A program made the position numbers and the translations under genes. The notes beneath the pieces were generated by a model, which was given only the letters and a program-made list of their open reading frames with translations, made no database searches and was not told the DNA's origin. A DNA stretch of 64,000 bases from Eledone cirrhosa (lineage: Eukaryota): assembly GCA_964016885.1 (NCBI GenBank), contig OZ024741.1, positions 41,974,001-42,038,000 of the forward strand, given 5' to 3'. Positions 53,636 to 64,000 of the stretch are shown here, in pieces (the first letter of the stretch is position 1; each line of letters begins with the position of its first letter).

Positions 53636-54297
53636 CTATATAAACTTAAGAAAATTAACAAAGAGAGGACAAGACAACAAACGGAAACAAACAAAACAAA
53701 AAACAATTTTTTAAGGGAGACCTTAAAAACTTATTTTTTAAAATAAAAATACAAATGAAGAACGCAGAACCCCATGAACATCGGCTGTTGAGATGGACTT
53801 GGGTAGTTTTGACCCTTACTAACGGTACTGCTGGTCCAAGTATGAATGTGTATGTGTGTGGTTCAAGAAAATTTTCAAAACAAATACTGATTTATTTTAC
53901 TTTTACTAAAGTCCTGAGAATGATCAATAACATTAAATATAATTTATAATAAATATTATTGATTAGGGCAATGATTGGAATGAGGGTTTAGTGTTTAGGG
54001 TTATAAGGTTAAGGGACAGTATTGCCAAGGATGGAAAGATGCAGCTGTATATATGTATGAGTGTATGTATGTGTGTGTCTGTGTGTGTGTATATATGTGT
54101 GTGTGTGTGTGTGTGCATGTATGTATGTATTATGTATGTGTGTATGCGTGAGTGTGTGTGTGTGTGTGTATGCATGTCTGTATGTATGTATTATGTATGC
54201 GTGTATATATAAATGTGTATACATACACACACACATACATATATATATGTGTATGTGTATGTATGTATGTGCATATGTATGTATGAGTATACACACA

Positions 54298-54358
<61 letters not shown>

Positions 54359-54447
54359 CTGTGTGTGTGTATATGTATGTATTATGTATGTATGTTATTC
54401 TCTTTGTCTTAATTTCGACTACATTTTTTACTGTGAGCGTGTATGTG

Positions 54448-54477
<30 letters not shown>

Positions 54478-54480
<3 letters not shown>

Positions 54481-54880
54481 CAGGTCACCAGTTAGTGCTA
54501 CTGGTAACATGTATCCCAGTACAACCTGTTTCATGGTTGGGTCGTTGGCGACTAAACTGGCAAGCCCACCAAGGTTTCTTGGTGAGGAGGGTGACTTTGG
54601 ACATCCTGCAGGACTAAAAACAAAACCTGTCAAAGAGCAATGGAGCTCTTAAGAGTCAATGGCCATCCAAAATCACCGGGAGAGATGACCCCTTAGCCTT
54701 TGTCAAGGCAGAATTCTAGGAGAAGGAAAACTCTGATATAACACCTGCAACCCTGATGGTATCCAATGATGTTGACTTGTTCTTCTTTTTGGTAAATATC
54801 ATCTTGGTTAAGAGAGTGGGACTGGCTTTGTGCAGTGCCTTTACTCACTATAAAAGCTTCACTGCACAGGCATTGCTTTA
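54478..54880 (+). mobile_element. RTE 5'-UTR-like repeat, contiguous copy
   Basis: Joins the two segments seen separately at 28310-28531 and 26880-27120; contains ctaggagaaggaaaactctga. Confidence 0.6.
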
Positions 54881-55369
54881 TATCTGGAGATCTCTCTGCA
54901 CTTGTCATCACATGGTACCATGGGCCCAGCACTATGTGTCAATAATTGTCACAAGTGTAGTGTTTGTACCAGAGTTTTCAAGTCGCTGGCTGGACTAAAA
55001 AGTCACACTCGTTCAGCCCATCGATAGGGGTTCTCCTACATGGATGTAAAGTAGTGGCCGTACTCGAAAACGAGTTGGCAGCCACCATGTATGTATGTAT
55101 GTATGTATGTATGTATGTATGTATGTATGTATGTATGTATGTATGTATGTATGTATGTATATATGTGTGTATGTATGTATATACCTATGAATATACATAC
55201 ATATGTGTATGTATGTGTACTCATAAAATATACACCAATGTATACACACATACATGCAGAAACACCCCATGAAACTCTATATACAAACACATACACACGC
55301 ACACACACACACACACACAGATATAGTGTTCAGAGTATGTGTGTGTGTGTATATATAGATGTTCATGTG

Positions 55370-55650
55370 AATGTGTGTGCATGTATGTGTCCATGTATGT
55401 GTGTGCATGTATGTGTGTGCATGTATGTGTGTGTGCATGTATGTGTGTGCATGTATGTGTGTACATGTATGTGTGTGCATGTATATGTGTGCATGTATGT
55501 GTGTTCATGTATGTGTGTGTACATGTATGTGTGTGCATGTATGTGTGTGCATGTATGTGTGTGCATGTATGTGTGTACATGTATGTGTGTACATGTATGT
55601 GTGTGCATGTATGTGTGTGTGCATGTATGTGTCTGCATGTATGTGTGTAT
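55370..55650. repeat. (GTGTGCATGTAT)-type 12-14-bp minisatellite
   Basis: Directly visible. Confidence 0.9.
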
Positions 55651-55896
55651 ATTTTCCATTTTATATCACAGGAACAAATAGAAAATAAATAACAGTCATA
55701 AAAATTAATAATGAATTGAAATTTAAAAGAAAAAGTTAGTTTTGTTGCTATGGTAATGACTTAGTTATGTCTTCAAATATTGGAGTTTGTTCACACTTCT
55801 CTCTTTTATCTGCATACTCACACAGATACATACATACATATATACATACATACATACATATACATACATACATACATACATACATACATACATACA

Positions 55897-55928
<32 letters not shown>

Positions 55929-56012
55929 CATACATCTATATATACGTACATACATACACACATATATATATATATATGCATACACACATATTTACATACA
56001 TACATACATATA

Positions 56013-56048
<36 letters not shown>

Positions 56049-56519
56049 CACACATACATACATACATATATATACACATATATACATATATACATACATA
56101 CATATATATATATATGCATACACACATATTTACATACATACATATATATATATACATACATATATACATATTTACATATCTACATACATACGCACATATT
56201 TACATACATACATAAATATATATACATACATATATATATATATATGCACACATTCACATTCCCACACATATACATATATTAACATATACAAACATACATA
56301 CACATATGCACACACACACACACACACATCAAGACATTTACATATACACATACACACATACATTCACATATTCACATACACATACAACCATTCACACACA
56401 CACACATACACATGGATACATTCATGAATACATCCCATATCCACATAGAGATACAAGCCTCATACACATACACACATTCACATATATATCCACACAGCTT
56501 CATACACATACACACACAT

Positions 56520-58527
56520 ACATACACACATTCACATATATATCCACACAGACACATACTCAAACAAACATACACACATTCACATATATATATCCACACA
56601 GACACATACTCAAACAAACATACACACATTCACATATATATATCCACACAGACACATACTCAAACAAACATACACACATTCACATATATATATCCACACA
56701 GACACATACTCAAACAAACATACACACATTCACATATATATATCCACACAGACACATACTCAAACAAACATACACACATTCACATATATATATCCACACA
56801 GACACATACTCAAACAAACATACACACATTCACATATATATATCCACACAGACACATACTCAAACAAACATACACACATTCACATATATATATCCACACA
56901 GACACATACTCAAACAAACATACACACATTCACATATATATATCCACACAGACACATACTCAAACAAACATACACACATTCACATATATATATCCACACA
57001 GACACATACTCAAACAAACATACACACATTCACATATATATATCCACACAGACACATACTCAAACAAACATACACACATTCACATATATATATCCACACA
57101 GACACATACTCAAACAAACATACACACATTCACATATATATATCCACACAGACACATACTCAAACAAACATACACACATTCACATATATATATCCACACA
57201 GACACATACTCAAACAAACATACACACATTCACATATATATATCCACACAGACACATACTCAAACAAACATACACACATTCACATATATATATCCACACA
57301 GACACATACTCAAACAAACATACACACATTCACATATATATATCCACACAGACACATACTCAAACAAACATACACACATTCACATATATATATCCACACA
57401 GACACATACTCAAACAAACATACACACATTCACATATATATATCCACACAGACACATACTCAAACAAACATACACACATTCACATATATATATCCACACA
57501 GACACATACTCAAACAAACATACACACATTCACATATATATATCCACACAGACACATACTCAAACAAACATGCACACATTCACATATATATATCCACACA
57601 GACACATACTCAAACAAACATACACACATTCACATATATATATCCACACAGACACATACTCAAACAAACATACACACATTCACATATATATATCCACACA
57701 GACACATACTCAAACAAACATACACACATTCACATATATATATCCACACAGACACATACTCAAACAAACATACACACATTCACATATATATATCCACACA
57801 GACACATACTCAAACAAACATACACACATTCACATATATATATCCACACAGACACATACTCAAACAAACATACACACATTCACATATATATATCCACACA
57901 GACACATACTCAAACAAACATACACACATTCACATATATATATCCACACAGACACATACTCAAACAAACATACACACATTCACATATATATATCCACACA
58001 GACACATACTCAAACAAACATGCACACATTCACATATATATATCCACACAGACACATACTCAAACAAACATACACACATTCACATATATATATATCCACA
58101 CAGACACATACTCAAACAAACATACACACATTCACATATATATATCCACACAGACACATACTCAAACAAACATACACACATTCACATATATATATCCACA
58201 CAGACACATACTCAAACAAACATACACACATTCACATATATATATCCACACAGACACATACTCAAACAAACATACACACATTCACATATATATATCCACA
58301 CAGACACATACTCAAACAAACATACACACATTCACATATATATATCCACACAGACACATACTCAAACAAACATACACACATTCACATATATATATCCACA
58401 CAGACACATACTCAAACAAACATACACACATTCACATATATATATCCACACAGACACATACTCAAACAAACATACACACATTCACATATATATATCCACA
58501 CAGACACATACTCAAACAAACATGCAC
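56520..58527. repeat. 50-bp minisatellite, ~40 near-identical units
   Basis: Unit tatccacacagacacatactcaaacaaacatacacacattcacatatata. Confidence 0.97.
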
Positions 58528-58837
58528 AACCAAATACACTCTCGCTCTTTTAATCTCTGCTTTTTTTTGCACACTTTCTTTCTTGCCTCATTTATCACAA
58601 GTTTTTTCTCAATTAACACTTATTTTTCCTTTTTAACACATCAAAAGGATTATCATTATTATTATTATTATGTATGTGTGTATGCGTGTGTGTGTGTGTA
58701 TATGTGCATGTCTGTATGTATTATTATGTATGCGTGTATATATGAATGTGTATACATACACACACACATACATATATATATGTGTATGTGTATGTATGTA
58801 TGTGCATATGTATGTGCATATGTATGTACATATGTAT

Positions 58838-58946
58838 GTTCAAATCCCGCCGAGGTTGACTTTGCCTTTCACCCTTACAGGGTCGATAAAATAAAGTACC
58901 AGTAATGCACTGGGTAATTGCTGGCCTTGTGCCTAAAGTAGAAACA

Positions 58947-58979
<33 letters not shown>
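58838..58979 (+). mobile_element. 5'-truncated SINE family A with (TTA)n tail
   Basis: Starts at the B-box; core; ~10 TTA units. Confidence 0.85.
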
Positions 58980-59195
58980 GAATGCCATGGTTGACGGAGG
59001 CTCGGCTCTGTAAGGTATAGTAATTTTTAACCGTTAAAACAATTGTAAATTGTTTAAAACTTGAACCAAATTGTTGATAAAGACACCCCCCTCCTCGTGA
59101 GAGGGGTCTTTCTGTCGGTTATTTGGCCCTTCGGGGTTAAATAACCGGTTATTGGGGTTTTGTACCCAAAATTTCATTTTAAACAAAAAAACAAC

Positions 59196-61292
59196 ATGGC
59201 TACGAAAAAGAAATTTCATACGTCACTCCCACTCATTCCGTCTTCTTCTTCCTCAATCATCACTACAGCAGAGAGAAGATTGTCTCTCTCCCTCCCTTCT
59301 TTAAATGTGTCTCTCTCACTCCCTTCTCTTTCGCAAGTGACGAAAGAAAAGAAAAGTCTCGTGCAAAGCGTGCAAGGTTTCTCCACGACGACGACGACAG
59401 CGACGAAACAGGTGTGCGGGAAATACGAAAACCCAGTTCATTCGTCTGACGTCAGGAATAATAGCAGTAGCAGCCGTAATAACAACAGCAACAGTGACAA
59501 TGAAAACAACAGTAGCAGCCGCAACAGCATCACCAGCAGCATAAACAACAACAGCATTAGCAGCAGCAACACCAACAACAACCACAGCAACAGCGGCGGA
59601 GGCAGTAGTCGTAGTACCTGCAGCAACAACAAAAGTACCAGCAGCTCTGACGACAACAACAACAGCAGAGAAAAACCAATCTCATTTGCAGGTATTGCGA
59701 AAAATTTGGAAACAATCCTCATAACAAATGAGGAATTAGAGGAAGCGAAGAAGATGGTGACAAAGAACGGACACCGAGCAATCTGCAAGGCAGCGAAAAA
59801 TTTTTTCGAAACCCAAGAGCACTGTACGGTCACGTACCGTACAGTAAGTACAAAATCCCGTAGGGTGGAAAGAGCCACAGAGGCCCAAATACAAAAAGCC
59901 TTGGGGTCTGTGTGGCAGCGGAAAACGCACATCACCCGAGGCAAAAAATATGCCACCGTAGACGTACTTTTTGCCACACCCCAGGAGGCAAAGGCCCAAT
60001 CAGTAGTGACCCTAAGGAGCGAGGAAATGGTGTTGGTGCCCTCCTACTGTGGGCAAAAAATTGTGAGGGTCAAACTGACCCACGTCCCCCCCGGAATGAC
60101 CCCTTCTTGGCTGGCCGCGTCTGTCCTCGTCGGAATCGAGGACAAAACAACTGTACTGCAAGTACAGAAAAAAGTAAGAGAAGATTGGGTCGGCTCCTCC
60201 ATTGAGATGCTAATCCAAACCAACCAGGAGTGCATCGAAGCTATCCCGGATGTGATAGACTTCGATAACGGCACTCAACTGCCCATAAGTGTTGAGGGCA
60301 AACGCCCGAAATGCTTTCGCTGTGGATCGAAGACTCACCTCAGGGCCTTCTGCAACGAGAAGACCCTGAGAAAGGAGAAAACCCCCCTCCTTCCGAATCC
60401 GGCTCCACGGCTACCAGCAACAGGACAAGCGGCAACCAGGAACGATAGGCCCGTGGCACCCATACCCACTCCACGGAAATCAAAAACAGCAGCAGCAGTG
60501 GAAATACTAACAACAACAACAGCAATACCAAATGCAGCTGCAACAGAGACTCCAGTGCAAACATCACCAACAACAACAAGTGAAAGAGTGGAGTTGGTAC
60601 CCCTCCCCGACCTCACAGAATCAGACATGGAGTGTGAGGTGGGAGAGAGATGGCAAAAGGTCGTAAGAAGGCACAAACGCAGAAGCAGCGCATCGTCGCC
60701 TTTGAAAAGTGAGGAAAGAAATGAGAAAAGGGTAAAGTCTACTGCAAAGAGACCCACAGCAGCAACAACACCAACACCATCACCACCCACACTAGCGCCA
60801 CCATCACCACCGGCGACAACCCCACCGCCAACAACACCTTCAACACCACCACCACAAGCACCAACATCGCAAACACAACAACAAAACACACACACCCAGC
60901 AACAACGACAAGAAAATAGCAGAACCACACCCCACCCCCAGAAAAACAAATGCACGGCAATAAATACACACAACAAGAAACTAATGACTTACATAATTGA
61001 ACACACAGACATTTCACAACAGGACTACATAATACCAGCACCAATCAAAACGCCAACTAACATAAGACTGCTAAAAATAGCACAGAAACAATACACAAAT
61101 ATTAAAACGAAATTCCCCAACGCAGTTGGTGATTTCAGGGACCTAGGAGGAACCATCAATCGAAGAGTATACTCAGACATTCTCTTAGAAGAGCCGACGA
61201 CCAGCCGAAGGGACGATTCAACGGTCCCTTCACCAGACGATCAAGTGAAAAGGGATGTAAAAACCATCCCTCCTCTACCAAAAGTACGGTAA
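59196..61292 (+). CDS. Tx1/L1 ORF1 (gag-like nucleic-acid-binding protein)
   Basis: Open frame from ATG 59196; CFRCGSKTHLRAFC zinc knuckle; basic RRHKRR; S/N- and P/T-rich tracts. Confidence 0.85.
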   Translation: MATKKKFHTSLPLIPSSSSSIITTAERRLSLSLPSLNVSLSLPSLSQVTKEKKSLVQSVQGFSTTTTTATKQVCGKYENPVHSSDVRNNSSSSRNNNSNSDNENNSSSRNSITSSINNNSISSSNTNNNHSNSGGGSSRSTCSNNKSTSSSDDNNNSREKPISFAGIAKNLETILITNEELEEAKKMVTKNGHRAICKAAKNFFETQEHCTVTYRTVSTKSRRVERATEAQIQKALGSVWQRKTHITRGKKYATVDVLFATPQEAKAQSVVTLRSEEMVLVPSYCGQKIVRVKLTHVPPGMTPSWLAASVLVGIEDKTTVLQVQKKVREDWVGSSIEMLIQTNQECIEAIPDVIDFDNGTQLPISVEGKRPKCFRCGSKTHLRAFCNEKTLRKEKTPLLPNPAPRLPATGQAATRNDRPVAPIPTPRKSKTAAAVEILTTTTAIPNAAATETPVQTSPTTTSERVELVPLPDLTESDMECEVGERWQKVVRRHKRRSSASSPLKSEERNEKRVKSTAKRPTAATTPTPSPPTLAPPSPPATTPPPTTPSTPPPQAPTSQTQQQNTHTQQQRQENSRTTPHPQKNKCTAINTHNKKLMTYIIEHTDISQQDYIIPAPIKTPTNIRLLKIAQKQYTNIKTKFPNAVGDFRDLGGTINRRVYSDILLEEPTTSRRDDSTVPSPDDQVKRDVKTIPPLPKVR

Positions 61293-61327
61293 GTGGTCTT
61301 TCCCATCTTTTCCACTCTATTTTAAAC

Positions 61328-64000
61328 ATGACCTCACTCAGAATAGGCAGCATAAATGCGCGTGGCTTGGGGTCGTCATGGAAGCAGGGTCACCTGCTCA
61401 ACGACCTCAGGTCACTAAACATAGATGTAGTGGCCATCAGCGAGACCAGAATCTCCGAAGCACGGGCCTTCGCACCGATCTTCGGCGGCTTCGATGTGTA
61501 CGCATCTCCCAGCCGTCCTGGATCCGGTGGAGGAGTTGCTGTGCTTTTTCGGAGAGGTTTGGATCTCGCCATACGGGCCATCTTCCTGGACCCAGAGGGT
61601 AAGCTGGTGGTGCTGGACGTGACCAGCGGAGACGGGCAAGCTTTCAGGCTAGTGGCCGTCTATGCCCCGACAGGAGCAGGGCGGCCTGATTTCTTCCGGC
61701 GTCTGGAGACCTTTCTTGGAACGTCCCGCTCTTTAGTGTTAGTGGGCGACTGGAACGGGATCTTAGATGCACGCTGGGACTGTGTGGGATTAGCGGATAG
61801 GGGTGGAGGGTGCAAGAGCCTCACCAACCTGCTCAGGCGTTTTGAACTGTCTGACAGGTACCGATTGGATTTCCCGAATGTGCCAATGTGGACTTGGACA
61901 AACCGCATAGGGTCATCCAGATCATATCTAGATAGAGTATTTTGTAGGGAAATAGATAGGTCTAGCATAGGCTGTCCACAATTCAAGATAGTCAGCTACA
62001 CGGACCACAAATTCGTGATCTGTGTGCTTGACTTAGATAGGCTTCATAGACGAGGACCCGGCTACTGGAAGCTAAACGCGTCCTTACCAGCGCGCAAGGC
62101 CTACAGAGACCGGATTAGCGAACTAGTTAAGCGGGCGTTGACGGGGGCCATCGTCAACAACAAGTGGTGGTTTGCTCTGAAAAGAGCGATTAGAATAGAA
62201 TCGATTAGGTTTAGTAAGGCTTTAGCAATAGAGAAAAATAGAGCAGAGGGAGAACTAGTTAGAAAATTAGACGAGGCGCTTAGCAAAGGCATTGCGACCG
62301 ACGTGCTTGCGGCGAAATTGGCCCTTGACCAATTCTTCAATGCAAAGCACGAAGGCTGCGTTGTCAGAGCTAGGGTGCGTGCTCTCAGACACGAGGGGAC
62401 GAAAGCCGTTCAATGGGCCCGAGTGGCGGAGGCGCGTCGTGGCAACAAAGCCACGATCCGGTCTTTGGTGGACCACGACGGGCGCATGCTACTCGATCCC
62501 GGGCAAATGTGCGAAGCTTTTCAGCGACACTTCGCTCAGCTGTTCGGGGGCAGCGGGGGGCCGGGTAGAGGGATGGACTTTAGTGTCTACCTCGACGGAC
62601 TGCCGCGGCTCTCGGCCACTGAGGCGAAGTGTTGCGAAAAGCCGATAACAGCCGCTGAAGTACGGGAGGCAATGACTGGCTGCACAAGGGGTAAATCGCC
62701 TGGTTTGGATGGTCTGCCCTATGAACTTTACGTACAGATGCCAGACTTGTTCGGAGGCCTCTTGGCGGACGTCTACTGCAACTGGCAACAGAACGGGAGA
62801 ATTCCCAGTTCTGTGAGCCGAGGAGCGGTGGCACTGCTGAGAAAGGATCCGAACAAGGGGGATAACATAGACAATTTCCGGCCCATAACTCTGCTAAACA
62901 CAGAGTTTAAGATTTTGGCCAAGGTGCTAGCAAAGAGGTTGGCGCTTGTCGTTGGTGGTCTGGTGGGAGAGGCGCAGACATGCGCCATTCCCGACAGATC
63001 CATCCACGACAACCTCCACCTCATGCGATACATCGTAGAGAGGGTAGCTAGGGAACCTGGCACGGGTGGGTCCTTGATCAATTTAGATCAGTCGAAAGCT
63101 TTCGATAGGGTCGACCATCGTTACCTAGCGGCAGTCCTGAGGGCGGCTGGCTTTGGGCCCGTCTTCAGAGGCTGGATCGCTGCCATGCACAGCGACATCT
63201 GCTCTGTGGTGAGAGTGAACGGTCACCTGTCGGAACCGTTCAACATCATGCGCTCGGTCCGCCAAGGATGTCCCCTCTCGTCCCTCTTGTACGTATTGAC
63301 TCTCGAGCCATTACTGCACAAACTGGAGACGTTGAGGGGAGTCCCGCGCGAACTAGGATGCGGAAGATCCGTGTCAGCATATGCGGACGATGTCACCGTA
63401 GTGGTGTCGAACGCCAAACACATCGAGGCGATCGGCACTACACTAAGAGAATACGAAGCGGTGACAGGAGCAATGATCAACCAGGAAAAGTCAGTGGGCC
63501 TGCAGCTCGGCACCTGGAGAGGCAGGTCCATGCCGTCCAACAGCGTCGTCGGGCGCTGGACGGACGGACCGGTTAAATTGCTAGGGGTCTGGTTCGGTCC
63601 GGACCTCCAGATGGACAAAAACTGGGACGAGGTGACGAGCAGGGTGGCTTCTCTCACCCAGAAATGGGCGGAGAGGAAGCTATCCCTGAAAGGTCGAGCG
63701 GAGGTGGCTAACGCGTACATCGCGTCTGTCATCTGCTACCGCCTAACCGTCGTACCTTGTCCTAAGCCTCGCCTGACTGCGCTGGAGCGTTTGCTCTTTC
63801 GCTTTTTGTGGAAGGGACGTGCTCCGATGGTCAGGCGGTCCATCTGTTGTCAACACCCGCTACGTGGAGGGCTGGGCATGCCGTGGCTGATGATGCGCAG
63901 GCACGCGCTCAGGCTACGACATCTCCACCTCTTCCTCGACGGTGATCAGGTGTGGTCGCCGTTTGCTAGACGCGTTTTTCCCCAACTCGTTTCCTTGACG
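61328..64000 (+). CDS. Tx1/L1 ORF2 (APE endonuclease + RT), open to the window edge (missing from the ORF track because no stop)
   Basis: MTSLRIGSINARGL, ISETR, VYAP, GDWN, YLDR, TDHK, WKLN, GKSPGLDGLP, FRPITLLN, DQSKAFD, VRQGCPLS, AYADD (63377-63391); start and YADD are in the same frame and the track shows no stop-terminated ORF in that frame. Confidence 0.92.
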   Translation, partial: MTSLRIGSINARGLGSSWKQGHLLNDLRSLNIDVVAISETRISEARAFAPIFGGFDVYASPSRPGSGGGVAVLFRRGLDLAIRAIFLDPEGKLVVLDVTSGDGQAFRLVAVYAPTGAGRPDFFRRLETFLGTSRSLVLVGDWNGILDARWDCVGLADRGGGCKSLTNLLRRFELSDRYRLDFPNVPMWTWTNRIGSSRSYLDRVFCREIDRSSIGCPQFKIVSYTDHKFVICVLDLDRLHRRGPGYWKLNASLPARKAYRDRISELVKRALTGAIVNNKWWFALKRAIRIESIRFSKALAIEKNRAEGELVRKLDEALSKGIATDVLAAKLALDQFFNAKHEGCVVRARVRALRHEGTKAVQWARVAEARRGNKATIRSLVDHDGRMLLDPGQMCEAFQRHFAQLFGGSGGPGRGMDFSVYLDGLPRLSATEAKCCEKPITAAEVREAMTGCTRGKSPGLDGLPYELYVQMPDLFGGLLADVYCNWQQNGRIPSSVSRGAVALLRKDPNKGDNIDNFRPITLLNTEFKILAKVLAKRLALVVGGLVGEAQTCAIPDRSIHDNLHLMRYIVERVAREPGTGGSLINLDQSKAFDRVDHRYLAAVLRAAGFGPVFRGWIAAMHSDICSVVRVNGHLSEPFNIMRSVRQGCPLSSLLYVLTLEPLLHKLETLRGVPRELGCGRSVSAYADDVTVVVSNAKHIEAIGTTLREYEAVTGAMINQEKSVGLQLGTWRGRSMPSNSVVGRWTDGPVKLLGVWFGPDLQMDKNWDEVTSRVASLTQKWAERKLSLKGRAEVANAYIASVICYRLTVVPCPKPRLTALERLLFRFLWKGRAPMVRRSICCQHPLRGGLGMPWLMMRRHALRLRHLHLFLDGDQVWSPFARRVFPQLVSLT

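Larger units (their letters stand above)
58980..64000 (+). mobile_element. Tx1/L1-clade LINE, apparently intact, continues beyond the window
   Basis: 5' leader, ORF1 with CCHC knuckle, 35-bp spacer, ORF2 APE-RT. Confidence 0.92.

Noticed and set aside
56306-58636. 776-aa and 713-aa repetitive ORFs; CRISPR-like periodicity
   Set aside because: Perfect tandem 50-bp minisatellite with no unique spacers and no cas genes; eukaryotic context
58665-58830. Similarity to 54150-54285
   Set aside because: Low-complexity TG/TA sequence; may be a local duplication but gives no functional signal
59079-59147. HDV-like ribozyme suggested by CCTCCTCGTG in the Tx1 leader
   Set aside because: P3, P1 and P2 pairings of the double pseudoknot could not be formed; only two simple hairpins
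60335-63732. Antisense and alternative-frame ORFs over the Tx1 element (and over the RTE elements)
   Set aside because: Shadow ORFs of GC-rich coding sequence with no recognisable motifs

Overview
AT-rich eukaryotic (metazoan) non-coding DNA, saturated with microsatellites and transposons. The SINE/LINE repertoire and microsatellite load suggest an octopod/cephalopod genome (inference). No host protein-coding exon could be supported, and most long ORFs in the track are microsatellite artefacts. Recognisable content: Penelope-like retroelements (PLEs; two large 5'-truncated copies with inverted pseudo-LTRs, several fragments and many tiny palindromic derivatives, nearly all in (TA)n), three RTE-type LINE families, an RLE-type LINE embedded in (TACA)n, a CRE-like fragment, an apparently intact Tx1/L1 element running off the right edge, Helitron and Chapaev3-like relics, piggyBac- and mariner-type MITEs, two tRNA-derived SINE families and a 50-bp minisatellite. 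The strongest hidden signal is RNA-level: about 19 type I hammerhead-ribozyme (HHR) motifs from about 11 families, folded by eye. Several carry a U3-A8 core covariation, a mismatched base of stem II, long stem II insertions or palindromic stem III. One sits in a non-coding ~525-nt unit present as a >1-unit concatemer folded back on itself (14506-15845), a candidate retrozyme/circRNA replicon. One SINE copy also shows a strongly T>C-biased substitution pattern resembling fixed ADAR hyper-editing. Repeat boundaries are approximate, and all folds and alignments are manual.
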